Positions 1 to 12,625 of a DNA stretch of 64,000 nt are shown here, one piece after another. The stretch's first letter is position 1; each line of letters begins with the position of its first letter. The position numbers and the translations under genes are program-made. A model generated the notes under the pieces. The model was given only the letters and a program-made list of their open reading frames with translations. It was not told the origin of the DNA and ran no database searches. Source of the DNA: Octopus vulgaris (lineage: Eukaryota); contig OX597821.1 of assembly GCA_951406725.2 (NCBI GenBank), forward strand, positions 57,474,001 to 57,538,000. The letters run 5' to 3'.

Positions 1-123
1 TCTCCTTTCTGGTTTTGAGAAGCCTAATTTCTCAAGATTAGTATTTAGGCAGTGTGCTACATATCCCAAGGCCCCTATAATTACAGGTATAAATCTGAAG
101 TTGTAATCTGGAAAGAGTAACTG
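1..123 (-). mobile_element. Fragment of R4/Dong-type non-LTR retrotransposon (RLE domain), runs off the window edge
   Basis: Reverse complement matches 31323-31445 (QLL.PDY.FR.IPVIIGALGYVAHCLNTNLEKL). The 5' junction abuts a CATA-like repeat at 124-148. Confidence 0.8.
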
Positions 124-285
124 TATGCATGTATGTATGTCTGTATGCTGAGAATCGTATGAAGGCACCAGATGTATTATGAAATGCTGTCCGAGTTCTC
201 TGCATAGCATGAAACTCTTAGCACTTGAAAAAGGAATACATTTTTGTTGACCTTACTGTCACAGAACAGTACACTATACATACAT

Positions 286-323
<38 letters not shown>

Positions 324-649
324 GGTTTGGAGATGATCTACAGGTATTTTATATTAGAAATGAAGTACTCAGAAATTCGGATGGTTTTATATTTACAGAT
401 ATTTATTTGTATATTACATGTTTTTATACACCATATATCATATATTAGAGTTTTCGTCCATTCTAGTGGAGTTTTCAAATTATATATATATATAGTAGAA
501 TAATAAAAAGAAAGTTCTTGGTACAGTATTTTAAATTTGAAAAAATGAGTAGAGATGACATCTTGGGAGAATAATTTTATTCTAATAATAATGTTTATAA
601 TGATTCATAATAATTTTATCTTAGTTTTGGTTTAGCTTCTTGTAGAGGA

Positions 650-845
650 AATGTAAATCCAACATATCTAAAAATCAATTGGAAGCATTAAAAAGTTCAC
701 AAAAAGACTCTTCGATAATTTCCAAAGAAGCTGACAAAGGAAGGGCAATCATGGACAAGAGCCGTTTCAGTGATATGGTTATGGAACAACTTAATGACCA
801 ACACATGAAGCTAAACCAAAACGTGATTAAAAATACTATAACCTA
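650..845 (+). pseudogene. Penelope-like element RT N-terminal fragment
   Basis: Translates to NISKNQLEALKSSQKDSSIISKEADKGRAIMDK...QLND, matching the PLE NLS..E..AL....II.K.ADKG..IMD motif. It lies between (TA)n tracts. Confidence 0.75.
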
Positions 846-906
846 CTGTAAACATTATTATTTAAATAAAAATTATACCCCCCACAAAAACTCATCTCAT
901 TTTTTT

Positions 907-978
<72 letters not shown>

Positions 979-1678
979 TGTATGTATGTATGTATGTATG
1001 TATATATATATATACACAGAAAATAAAGCACTCAGTTACTGAAAATGACAATTGGTGCCTTTACGTTTGCTGCAGCAGGGAAACACATAGAAGCTCACGC
1101 GTGCAGAAATACACACACATATATAAGTGTGTGTGGAAAGAGAGAGAGAGAGAGAAAGAGAGGGAGGATGGAGAAAGAGAGATTAAAATGACAAGTATGT
1201 CAGCATCGAATTACCGATGCCAAAACGACTGTGCTAAAACGTTTCATATCTCTCAGCTGTTAGAAGCGTTTAGCAATATTTATATATTTTTCCACCGGTG
1301 AAATTAACTGAAACTGGTGAAAGAATGAAACCAGCATCTTTCGTGCCGTAGAATTATCCTTACAGACATCGAAATCTTATCGATATATAAGAGAGGATTA
1401 TGGCGTTTAACTGCGTAGTAAAATACAATTTTCTCTGTAGTCTTCAATTTAAAGATTGAAACACATAAGAAAAGAAGAGAAAGCTAGTGTGCAAACGAAA
1501 GTGATATAAACTATTGTTTACTCCGGAAGGGAAACAATACTGACAACTAAACTTTTGACTTATGATTTATTTTAAGTAATATAAGAACGCGTTTCTCCTC
1601 AATTCTCGACAGAATGAACTTGTCACTAAACAATAGAAAAAATAAGACATGTCCTTTGAATGACACAATGAAAAGTCA

Positions 1679-2733
1679 TCATACTATAATGGGCATCATG
1701 TCCAACTGTCCGTTCGTTCCTTCTTCACGGTCAAATTCCTGAACCAAAGGACTCGATGTTTCGATTTTTGAATTGATAAACCACCTTCGCACTTTTATTA
1801 AAAATTCACCGACCACGAGTAATTCTAGATTTTCATCGTATAGCTCGTGGCTCCATCGTAGATACGAACGGGGTCGCCAGAACGGCTAATAGTGAAAATA
1901 AAATAGAAAAAAGTGTGCCAGTATATAGTGTGTGTGATTATTTAGTGGTTATTGAAGTGTCAGTCTCGAGTCGGATTCGAAACAGCTAATCGAAGTGGCT
2001 GTTGTTTACATCACAGTTTTGTCAATCAAAATAACCCATGGTATCAGAACATCCGGACTTTATTCGCATAGAACAGTGAGAGGTAAGCCTTAATTTAATT
2101 TTTTGCAACCTTAAAGATTCCGCTCGCGCATTCACAGCAAACAAGACACAGGGCCAAACTTTAGATCGTGTAGGTGTATTTGCTCCCTCTCCGATGTTTA
2201 CACACGACCAGTTATTCGTCGCTATGAGTAAAGTAACGAACTCCAGTAATTTGAAAATTAGTGTCGACCAAACAGAAAATAACGTCTACAAAGAAGTTTT
2301 GTAATCATATTGATATTATCGAAAGTAATGATTCATAATTTAAATAAGGAAATTTGTGAACTTTGAATGTATAGGAGTATAAACAAGCGTTAAATAGTGT
2401 AAACAGCTAAAACAAAAGTATATCTAAATAAATTTTTTTCTTAATACTTACGTAGTGGTCGAAGGAATCTCTGGCTTTTGTTAGGAGTGGCCCACATAAC
2501 CTGATTCGGAGGCTAAGAGCCTATTTCAGTTCGGAAGTGAATCGCCATTACATGTCAGTCGCAAACACGTCATATAGGTGCAATAGAATGCTGTATCACC
2601 AATAATAATGTGATTTCTCCAAGACGTCACCCAGTAATCTATCAAGTCCATTTACACATTCCTTAATACATACTGCTGTCATGACTTCTCCCGCTCATTT
2701 CATGCTTCCATCGTAGATGGGTAGATTTGCTAG
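1679..2733 (+). mobile_element. Non-autonomous Helitron retaining the helicase C-terminus
   Basis: Starts A|TCATACTATAAT. It has a 3' hairpin CCATCgtaGATGG (2708-2720) and ends CTAG|T (2730-2733). It contains the Pif1-like motif listed next. Confidence 0.75.
2122..2304 (+). pseudogene. Helitron RepHel Pif1-family helicase C-terminal remnant
   Basis: AFTANKTQGQTLDRVGVFAPSPMFTHDQLFVAMSKV...NNVYKEVL* matches the FAMTINKSQGQTL..VG....PVFSHGQLYVALSRV..N.VY.EVL consensus. It is not in the ORF track. Confidence 0.9.
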
Positions 2734-2951
2734 TATTATTAATAGGAAAAGTTAGATCTCATTCAGAATGAGCAATGGAATTACTAAGATGTTTATCATC
2801 ATTTCTGATTAACTGTCTTTGGTTGTTTACCAGAGATGGGACATTGCTATATGTTTGAATAATTACAAAACTCAACAAATGGTAAACAAAGCAAAGAATA
2901 TAATTAGTAATAAACAAAAACATACTTACAACAATCTACATGCACACACAC

Positions 2952-3033
<82 letters not shown>

Positions 3034-3369
3034 GAACACCCTATGTGTAGGGTGTATATATGCGTTTGTGTACGTATATATGTTTGTGCATATGCGTAAG
3101 GAGACATGGCATAGTAGTTGGAGTGTTGCACTCACAATCGCGAGATAGTAGTTTCAATTCCTGAACGGATGATGCTTTATGTTCTCTAGTACAACACTTC
3201 GTCTCATGTTCCGCTGCGATCACTTTGACACTTGATGTGGTACACTGTGCCCCCTCTTCAGGTAACGTCGATTCGACTACGGGGGCCAGCTAATGCACAG
3301 CACATACATTTGATCACTTTATACAAATCATTTGTGCAGGCCGTTCAGCAAGAAATGGAAAAATCGTCT

Positions 3370-3790
3370 TTCTTATTTCTTTATTTTCCACAAGGGGCTA
3401 AACACAGAGAGGACAAACAAGGACAGACAAACGGATTAAGTCGATTACATCGATCCCCAGTGCGTAACTGTAGTTAATTTATCGACCCCGAGAGGATGAA
3501 AAGCAAAGTCGACCTCAGCGGGATTTGAACTCAGAACGTAACAGCAGACGAAATACCTATTTCTTTACTACCCACAAGGGGCTAAACACAGAGAGGACAA
3601 ACAAAGACAGACACACGGATTAAGTCGATTACATCGACCCCAGTGCGTAACTGGTACTTATCTAATGGACCCCGAAAGGATGAAAGGCAAAGTCGACCTC
3701 GGCGGAATTTGAACTCAGAACGTAACGGCAGACGAAATACGGCTACGCATTTCACCCGGCGTTCTAACGTTTCTGCCAGCTCGCCGCCTT
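3370..3790 (-). mobile_element. tRNA-derived SINE family A, tandem dimer
   Basis: Head GGCGGCGAGCTGGCAGAAACGTTAG, B-box-like GAGTTCAAATTCC and body GTCGACTTTGCCTTTCATCC. Two units 184 bp apart. Confidence 0.9.
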
Positions 3791-3878
3791 ACCGTCTTTC
3801 TTGGACATACATGTGTGTATGTTTGAACAAAGGTCATCACATGACAAATGAGGACTCAGCAAAAATGTTAAGTCAATC

Positions 3879-3922
<44 letters not shown>

Positions 3923-4151
3923 TAAATTACAAAGGATGATATATAAAAAAATATGGAGGTTGGTGAATATACGTGGTTATGCAATCTGCACGAAATTGTG
4001 ATCTCTCAAACCTTCCATGCATTGCGAGTATAAATATAAATTTATAACAAGAATTTATCAGGTAGTTAGCGTGAAAAACCTCATAAGAGAAAAAATCTGA
4101 AATTTTTTTCACTTGAAAATATTTATTTATATTATATAGAGGGCATTATTA

Positions 4152-4210
4152 CACTGATGAACAAAAGACGTAGATAATACGTTAATTGCGAAATCACAGG
4201 TGATCTGGAA
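4152..4210 (+). ncRNA. Type I hammerhead motif, second copy with truncated stem I
   Basis: Same core sequence (CTGATGA at 4154-4160, predicted cleavage after 4205). The 5' strand of stem I is cut to 2 bp by the inversion junction. Confidence 0.55.
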
Positions 4211-4631
4211 CTAAATTCTGTTTTTAAGTGTCTTGCTTCGAGAGCTGCATTCGGTACGATTCGTTTATTTTTGGTAGTAATGACTTTGAAAGTCCCTCCT
4301 AGCGTGTAGCATTTATGTGTAATAATGGCCTCTATATAATATAAATAAATATTTTCAAGTGAAAAAAATTTCAGATTTTATCTCTTATGAGGCTTTTCAC
4401 GCTAACTACCTGATAATTTCTGGTTAAGATTTCTTATTAAGATTTTTATCTTTAATTGTTAAATTTGTTCCTAAGAAACACGTTTCTTACCGAAATGTAG
4501 TTCGAAAAAGCCCGCCATTTACATAAATATATTACGAATGAACATTTCCATGTGCTACGATGGAAGCGACAGTTGTGTTTGGTTCCGCCGGGTATGTTGG
4601 TTTTGTTTATTCTTAATGTGTTTTGAATCAT

Positions 4632-4693
4632 TTTCACTGATGAACAAAAGACGTAGATAATACGTTAATTGCGAAATCACAGGTGATCTGGAA
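4632..4693 (+). ncRNA. Type I hammerhead ribozyme motif, complete copy
   Basis: Stem I TTTCA/TGGAA; CTGATGA at 4637-4643; stem II CAA..ACGTA-loop-TACGT..TTG; GAAA at 4673-4676; stem III ATCAC/GTGAT. Predicted cleavage after ATC at 4688. The first stem II pair is A.C rather than the canonical G-C. Confidence 0.7.
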
Positions 4694-5001
4694 CTAAATT
4701 CTGTTTTTAAATGTCTTGCTTCGAGAGCTGCATTCGGTACGATTCGTTTATTTTTGGTAGTAATGACTTTGAAAGTCCCTCCTAGCGTGTGGCATTTATG
4801 TGTAATAATGCCCTTTATATAATATAAATAAATATTTTCAAGTGAAAAAATTATCAGATTTTTTCTCTTATGAGGTTTTTCACGCTAACTACCTGATAAT
4901 TTCTTGTTAAGATTTCTTATTAAGATTTTATCCTTAATTGTTAAATTTGTTCCGAAGAAACACGTTTCTTACCGAAATGCAGTTCGAAAAGCCCGCCATT
5001 T

Positions 5002-5040
<39 letters not shown>

Positions 5041-5043
<3 letters not shown>

Positions 5044-5190
5044 CGGGCTTTCAGTTTCCGTCTACCAAATCCTCTCACAAGGTTTTAATCGGCCCTAGGC
5101 TATAGTAGAAGACACTTACCCATGGTTCCACACAGTGGGATTGAAACTGGAACCGTGTGATTGGGAATCAAACTTCTTACCACACAGCGA
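5041..5190 (-). mobile_element. SINE family B (CORE-like) head
   Basis: Reverse complement of GCTGTGTGGTAAG...CCCACTG...GATTTGGTAGACGGAAACTGAAAG. Confidence 0.85.
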
Positions 5191-5814
5191 ATTTATATTT
5201 TGTTAACGATTTCGATTTTGACTTCCATTCCGTACCAGAGTGAAGTTTTTTTTCAAAGTGTAACCCTCAGAATTATTTCATTATGTTAAAGAGCTCCATT
5301 ATGCCTTCCGTTTATATCAAACATCTATAATGAAGGTTATTTAAAATGCAACACATGAAAAACAAAGGCCGTGAAAGTAAGGTAAGACTAGAAATAACAG
5401 AGAAACAGGTGCCATATTTGGAACTGATGATTACTTCTTAATTTTAATACATATATATATAAACACATTACCGAATAGGATAATTTGATATGATATCTAA
5501 TTCCATAGCCTAGATTATGTGCCAAGTTTGGAATTGGTTTGAGGCAAAAATCAATATTAGAACGTGATGCAAATGCTATATATACTATATATATATATAT
5601 GTGTGTGTGTGTGTATTATGTATATTACATCCCACACCTACGCACACATGTATATATTGCATATATATATATTCTCAACCATTACACACACACACCCTCA
5701 CACATAAGTAAATATATATATATATATATGCCTATGCATATGTATATGCATTTATATATATATACATATGTATATGTATATAACCATGTGAGTGTATGTG
5801 TAAATGTATGTTTT

Positions 5815-6114
5815 TGTGTGTGTATCTGCATGTTTGTGTGTGTGTGTGTGTGTGCGTGTTTGTGTGTGTGCGTGTGCGTGTGCGTGTGCGTGTGTGTGTG
5901 CGTGTGCGTGTTTGTGTATGTGCGTGTGTTTGTGTGTGTGCGTGTGTTTGTGTGTGCGTGCGCGTGTTTGTGTGTGTGCGTATTTGTGTGATTGAGTGTT
6001 AGAATGTTTCTGTGTTTGTGTGTGTGCGTGAGTTTGTGTGTGTGTGAGTTTGCGTGTGTGTGTGTGAGTTTGTGTGTGTGTGTGAGTTTGTGTGTGTGTA
6101 TGTTCGTGTGTGTT
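5815..6114. repeat. Compound (TG)n/(TGCG)/(GAGTTT) microsatellite
   Basis: Directly visible. Confidence 0.95.
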
Positions 6115-6398
6115 TATAATGAGTAACGGTGACAGACTGCGTGGATTTAATTCTCGTTTCAGAACGTGATTTAATATTTCCCACTGTTAATACCATGCAT
6201 ATTTCTATCATTCATTTGTCATGTCCTACGTCTTCTACACACATCTAACGCAATAATCCGTTTTATTTCTCTCTATAGATTCACATATTTGTGCATATAG
6301 TAGAAATAATTTATTGTTAAGGGTGAAATTGAATAATAGATAGAATCCAGTTACAGTTTAATATTACGTGTCGTATTTATGAAAAATAAGACAATTTT

Positions 6399-6561
6399 AT
6401 CCTTTTATTTGTTTCAGTCATTTAGCTGGAAAAAAAAATCGCTCCCCCCCCCCCAGGACATATTCTGTGTAAGCCTAGTACTTATTCTATCAGTCTATTT
6501 TGCTGAACCAACATCGGTTGTCAAGCGATGGTCGGGGAACAACCACAGACGCATAAATAAA

Positions 6562-6604
<43 letters not shown>

Positions 6605-6663
6605 ATATGTAGAAAAATACAAACTGGGACAAGAACGCAAAACACTTAGAAGACGACACAAAA

Positions 6664-6699
<36 letters not shown>

Positions 6700-7544
6700 C
6701 AATAATAAAAGGGTAAAATTAATTAATTATTAATTAATTAATTTTACCCAGTAGTGTTCAGTATGTAAAAAGACCATTTACGGTATATTTAAAACATTAC
6801 ATTATATAATTAGGGTTCATTAAAAAATTTACTTTACCACACACCGAATTTACCTACGTGAATTGTTTTTGAGTATACATTGTCTGGGAGACTCTTCTTA
6901 TAGTAGAGGAAGTAGCTAAATTCTTTGGCTGCTATATCTAAAAGTTCGGCGTGTGGTAAAGTAAATTTTTTTTATCGAACACTAATTATATAAAGTAATA
7001 TATCTATATATATAAAACTGTAGTTGTGTGAGTGTCTGTCCCCTTCGAGTTAGATTCCCAACTACTCCCAAATTTTGCGGTGCAGTTTAACCAAATTCGG
7101 GTATCTTATAGTCGTGATTCATATCGAGCCCGTCTGAGTATTAGCGCGCGTCTACGATGAGTCTACGATTTTAAAAATAATTTAACATCATTTTTTATTC
7201 CATTTTAATGCATAAGTTTTCGTGTGTCGATGGCGGTGGAGTTGGCGTCCATGGTCACACCTGCACCTGTTTGCTTCTCCCCCTTCTTCCCTCCCTCGTG
7301 AAGCTGTGGGGAAGGGAGTGTAAGGAAATCAACGTCGTAAAGCGTTGTCAAGGAGACCAGCGTTCTTTTAGAACAACGACTTCATGGCTTGAAGACACCA
7401 AAACAGAAATGGCTAAGAAAGCCCGAATTGGCATCTATAAGGGAAGTAACTCTCTAAAAATACTTATATAGTTATTTCCCTTACAAACCCGAGCAACGCC
7501 GGGCGACACTGCTAGTATATTATATAACGTAATATATATATAAC

Positions 7545-7616
<72 letters not shown>

Positions 7617-7780
7617 GACGGGTTTCTTTCAGTTTCCGTCTGCCAAATCCACTCACAAGGCTTTGGTCTTCCCAAGGCTATAAACAGAGGACACTTGCCC
7701 AAGGTGCCACATAGTCAGACTTAACCAAGGACAATATGGTTGAGAAGCAAGCTTCTTACCACACAGCTATGACTGCACCA
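6399..7780 (-). mobile_element. SINE family B split by about 1 kb of nested insertions in its internal TA tract
   Basis: Tail at 6399-6560 and head at 7613-7780 are in the same orientation and collinear with the intact copy at 43394-43805. Confidence 0.75.
7003..7515 (+). mobile_element. Non-autonomous Helitron
   Basis: Starts A|TCTATATATATAA. It has hairpin CCCGAGCAACGCCGGG (7488-7503) and ends CTAG|T (7512-7515). Confidence 0.9.
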
Positions 7781-8189
7781 TCACAATGTCTGATGAAACC
7801 GTCTTCGGTTTGGTCGTAGATAAGATCTGATTCTGTGTTATCTTTCATCATTTTACTTGTTTTAATAACTGGACTGCGCATCGAATGTTTCTTTTTAAAA
7901 TTCGGGCACTCATTTTAACGGATTTGTCGAACCGTTAAGTGACGGGGACGTAAACAAACCAACAAAGGTTGTGAAGCGGTGGGACGGGGAATGATGAACA
8001 GAAATGCAAAGACATGCACACATATGCATATAGATACGACGGGTTTCCATACAGTTTCTGCTTATCAAATTCACTCAGAATGCCTTAGTGTTGCGCAGCG
8101 GGACTGAACATGAAACCTCGTGGTTACAAAGCGAGCTTACTGTAGATAAGGTGCTGGATTCATCATTAGCTTGTACAACCAGTAATCTG

Positions 8190-8495
8190 TCGGTTACGAC
8201 GATGTGGTCCAGTCGCTCCGATCAACGGAACCCCCGCTCGTGAAATTAACGTGCAAGTGGCTGAATACTCCACAGACACACATACCCTTAATATAGTTGT
8301 CAGGTAGATTCAGCATGACACAGAACGTGATAAGGCAGGCCCTTTGAATTACAAAGTAGAACTTACCTGCTGAGTGGACTGAAGCAATATGAAATAAAGT
8401 GTCTTGCTTAAGGACGCAAAGCGCCGCCACGAATCGAGCTCATGACCACAAGATCGTGAGCCGAATACCCTAACCGCTAAGCCACGGGCTTTCAC
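8190..8495 (-). mobile_element. tRNA-derived SINE (family D head, tail shared with family C)
   Basis: Head GTGGCTTAGCGGTTAGGGTATTCGGCTCACGAT followed by CORE-like GTCCTTAAGCAAGACAC. The tail matches 22420-22525. Confidence 0.8.
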
Positions 8496-8533
8496 TATCA
8501 AGTATAAATACTGAGTAGAATACTATACTTTGA

Positions 8534-8716
8534 AGGCAGCGAGCTGGCAGAAACGTTAGAACGCCGGGCGAAAAGCTTAGCGGGATTTCGTCTGCCGCTA
8601 CGTTCTGAGTTCAAATTCCGCCGAGGTCGACTTTGCCTTTCATCCTTTCAGGATCAATTAAATAAGTACCAGTTACGCACTGAGGTCGATGTAATCGACT
8701 TAATCCGTTTGTCTGT
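8534..8716 (+). mobile_element. SINE family A
   Basis: Same head and body as 3370-3790. Confidence 0.9.
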
Positions 8717-9629
8717 ATGTTTTATATTAAATACTAAATAATCATCCTCATCAATACATTATTTAAAAACATTATTAGATGAGAGACAGCAGGAAAATCA
8801 AAATGCTTGTTATGACATGTAGATATTGCTAAATATTATAAATGAGAGAATTCAGACTTCATTGTGGATCAAAGATTCAGGGTAGAAATAAGCCCGTCAC
8901 TATTTTTTTTTATCAGTTTTTGACCGGTCGGAAATATACGAAATATTGTGTGCACAATTTAGCAAGAAAAAAAATTAAATGTAGCTGAAGGCGTCCGAAC
9001 TTCACATTGTTCTAACTTCCCTCTTCATAAATGTTTAATAACTTTGATAAAACATATTGTTTATATTTCGGAATGGTGGTTTTTTCCTTTTTTTTTTGCC
9101 AAATAAGCATACAAACTATATATTCGTTCTTCGTGTGTTTATTATTGTTCGTATTTTATGTCTATTGTCTGGGAATATTTAGTCACACACGTGTGACCTC
9201 TTCAAAGACTCTCCATCCAATGTGTTTCATGTCGTGTTTAGTCCACTCTGAACGGAACAGCAGACGCGTAGGATGAGGAGTTCCTGAAGGTTCATAGGTA
9301 TGTGACGAAAGGTTTCTAGACAATGTACATAAACTAAAATAACAATAATAATAATAAAGTGAAGAACGAATATATAGTTTGTGTGTGTATTTGGCAAAAA
9401 ATAAATGACCATCCCGGAATATAACAACATCTGTTTCAACAGACGATTTCACATCAGGAATTTTTAAAAACATTCTTAAACGTTTGTAAAACGTAATTTT
9501 GACTTAAATTCTCAATAACATAAATATTGGCAAGCTCGCTTGCCGTGATGCGCTGGGGAATCAGAGAATTGATTTGCTTCTGGTTGGTCTCAGAATGCAA
9601 ATGAAAAGAGGCCCCCCAAAATCTAGATC

Positions 9630-10023
9630 TATCTTTTATCTTTTACTTGTTTCAGTCATTTGACTGTGGCCATGCTGGGGCACCGCCTTTAAGGGTTTTA
9701 GTCGAACAAATGGACCCCAAACATATATTTTTAAAACTTAGTACTTATTTTATCGGTCTCTTTGCCGAACCCCAAAGTTACGGGGATGTAATCACACCAA
9801 TACCAGTTGCCACGTGGTGGTGGAGGACAGAACAAAGATACACACACACACATATATATATAGGCGCGAGTGTGGCTGCGTGGTAAGAAGCTTGCTTCTC
9901 AACCACATGGTTCCATGTTCAGTCCCACTGCGTGATACCATGGGCAAATGTCTTCTACTATAGCCTCGGGCTGACCAAAGCCGTGTGAGTGGATTTGGTA
10001 GATGCAAACTGGAAAAAGCCCGT

Positions 10024-10065
<42 letters not shown>

Positions 10066-10260
10066 GTGTGTATGTATACATGTTTGAGTTTACCCCCTTA
10101 CCCCAACATCGCTTGACAACCGATGCTGGTGTGCTTACGTCCACGTTACTTAGCGGTTCGTCAGAATAAATCGATAGAATTAGTAATAAGCTTACAACGA
10201 ATAAGTCCTGGGGCGCTCCACCATGGCCGCAGTCAAATGACTGAAACAAATAAAAGAATA
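9630..10260. mobile_element. SINE family B tail (-, 9630-9850) followed by a full copy (+, 9862-10260)
   Basis: Both parts match 43394-43805. The + copy starts inside the microsatellite of the - copy. Confidence 0.85.
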
Positions 10261-10940
10261 TAAAAATATATATATAAAATTCAATACAAGGAAAAGTAGT
10301 TTCCTTTACAGGGATGGAAAACATCCAATTTTTCACTCGTTTGTCGGTTAAATACCCAATATGACCGAGAAGAACTTTTCACAACTCAAACGGGTATATA
10401 TTCAGTATACAAAAATAAAAGAAAATGGAGATTTACGATTAACATAATATTATATTACAATTATAATATAATATGAATACAAATATTAATCCTAAAATTG
10501 AATTTTATTTTGTATATTAATTGACTAATAATACTATTGTTTTTTCGCTGGTAAAATGATGTTACAGACTTACATGTGTTTAAAAGATATTCCTCTACTA
10601 CCGAAGGATTACACGAAGGACCTAATTAACCAGACTACTGAATTCATCCATAGGATCCGTCGGAAAGCATTTTTCTATAAATAGAACAGAAAATTAACCC
10701 TCATAATAAAGACATTAAGCATTTTAAAAAGAACTTTAAGACTGAGAAATCTCCTCCACCAAACTGCCATTTGGCCACCTTTGCGAATGGTTTATGGTCT
10801 ATTGGGGAAGAATGTTAAATTTGTTAAATATCGTCTTAGGGGGTATGAACATTCAAAGAATCTAAAGTCTTTAGTATGTAATCTTAAAAGAAAAAATGGT
10901 ATTATTGTGCAATCCGATAAAACCGGAAACTTATATAATA

Positions 10941-11568
10941 CTAGCAATGTAACCCGGCTTTGCTCGGGATTAAGTTAGGATTATTAAGCTAATCAAGTTC
11001 TTTATTTCAAACCAAAGTAACATCGACGTCAAATTTGGGCGAAATCCGTTGAAATTGGTTTATATATATATATGGGCAACACACACACACACACACGTAT
11101 GTACGTACACCTATTGCATATGTTTTTTCTACGCATACATATTCATAAACAGAAATGAATGGAAAAGATGTTGGCAAATTTGTAGATTGCACTAGCACGA
11201 TTTTCACTAAGAAAAAAAACCGGATATTTTGCATAGAATCAACTACTCTGGCTTCCTAATATGCTACAAAACCCTTTTTGTGGTATGGGGGAAGCCTCGG
11301 AAATTGTATACATTTATATTGTGTAATACACTGACAAATTGTTACCTGCCTCTTTGTTTCTTTGTTGTTAAATAAATGGATTCTCAACAAATCACTTTTT
11401 CTTCGGCGTAAAATATAAACAAAACTCTTTCGCGCCCAATGTAATGTATGTGTGAGAGAGGAGGGAGAAGCATGAACGATTTAAAATAAATAAATGATTT
11501 AAAATATATTTTAATTGTTGTGTGAGAACACATGCTCACACACACATTCTGCCTCTTATATATACAGA
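10941..11568 (-). mobile_element. Non-autonomous Helitron inserted in the PLE ORF
   Basis: Minus strand reads A|TCTGTATATATAA ... CCCGAGCAAAGCCGGG ... CTAG|T. Removing it restores the frame SDKTGNLYN-MDILKY with no TSD. Confidence 0.92.
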
Positions 11569-12625
11569 TGGATATATTAAAATATCATGAATTTATGATG
11601 AATAAAATTACTAGTAATAATATGGTAGTAAGTAAAAATATTTTAAGGTTGATTAACTTGGAAGCTAAGAAGATTATGAATGATTATAATCTAGATGATA
11701 GGAGAGAGCCATTTGTGCTTATATGAGACCCAGGATCACTTTAAAAGATCATAAGGAGAATTTCTATTCTAACCCTAAAATTAGATTAATTTGCTCAGGT
11801 CGATCTGACCTCGCTAGATTAAGTCAAAATAGTTTAGATAAGTATATACCGGCACTTAGGAAAAAAATAAAACTTGAACTTTGGTCTAATACGTAAGAAG
11901 TTGTTAACTGGTTTTATAGAAAAGATATAGATAAAAATAGAAATAAATTTATACAGAAAGACATTAATTACTATTATTCATTTATTAAACCTATATTAAT
12001 GGTCTTGATATTATTATGAAATCAATTGTGGTTTTGATCAACTGATCTTGCCTAGGTTATTAATCTTGCAGGGATATACATTCTATGTAATTTATGTAGT
12101 GCATTTCTGGAAATTAAAGGTGGACAGTATAGGGATGATGTGCTGTTTCAAATTAATAGCCTATCGAATAGGAAATTAGATTTGTATAAAAAAACATTTC
12201 GTAGGTTCTTTAAAAGATTTGGTTTACCTGTTTCTATTGAAAATGAACATGTTTCTTTTAATTAATTAGATGTTAATCTGCATCTTGTTACTCGCTAATA
12301 TAGGCCATATCATAAACCTAACACTAATTTGAAATATATTAACTTTAAAAGTAACCATCCTAAAGCAATTACACGTACTTTGATTAAAAATATTTCGAGG
12401 CGAGTTTTATATTTATCTTCTAATGAGGAAATCTTTAACACTAATGCAGAATATCATAATGTGGCCCTTAATAAAGTGGGATAAATGCATAAGAGTGTAT
12501 GTTGTGATAAAGATGACTGCAAAAATTATAATGGTAAATCGGTAGGAAACGGAATGTATGGATTTAATGTTAGTGATGTGAGTGATGAAATTAAAATTCG
12601 TAAGTCCCATAGAAATAAGGTTGAT

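Larger units (their letters stand above)
3919..5003 (+). mobile_element. Microsatellite-flanked non-coding element with tandem and inverted repeats (PLE pseudo-LTR or retrozyme-like)
   Basis: Direct repeat 4152-4523 / 4635-5003 and inverted repeat about 4045-4154 / 4317-4426. Each direct copy contains an HHR core. Bounded by (TA)n on the left and (CA)(TA)n on the right. Confidence 0.8.

Noticed and set aside
7786-7830. CTGATGA followed by hairpin AACCG-TCTT-CGGTT
   Set aside because: No GAAA follows the stem, so it is not a supportable hammerhead.
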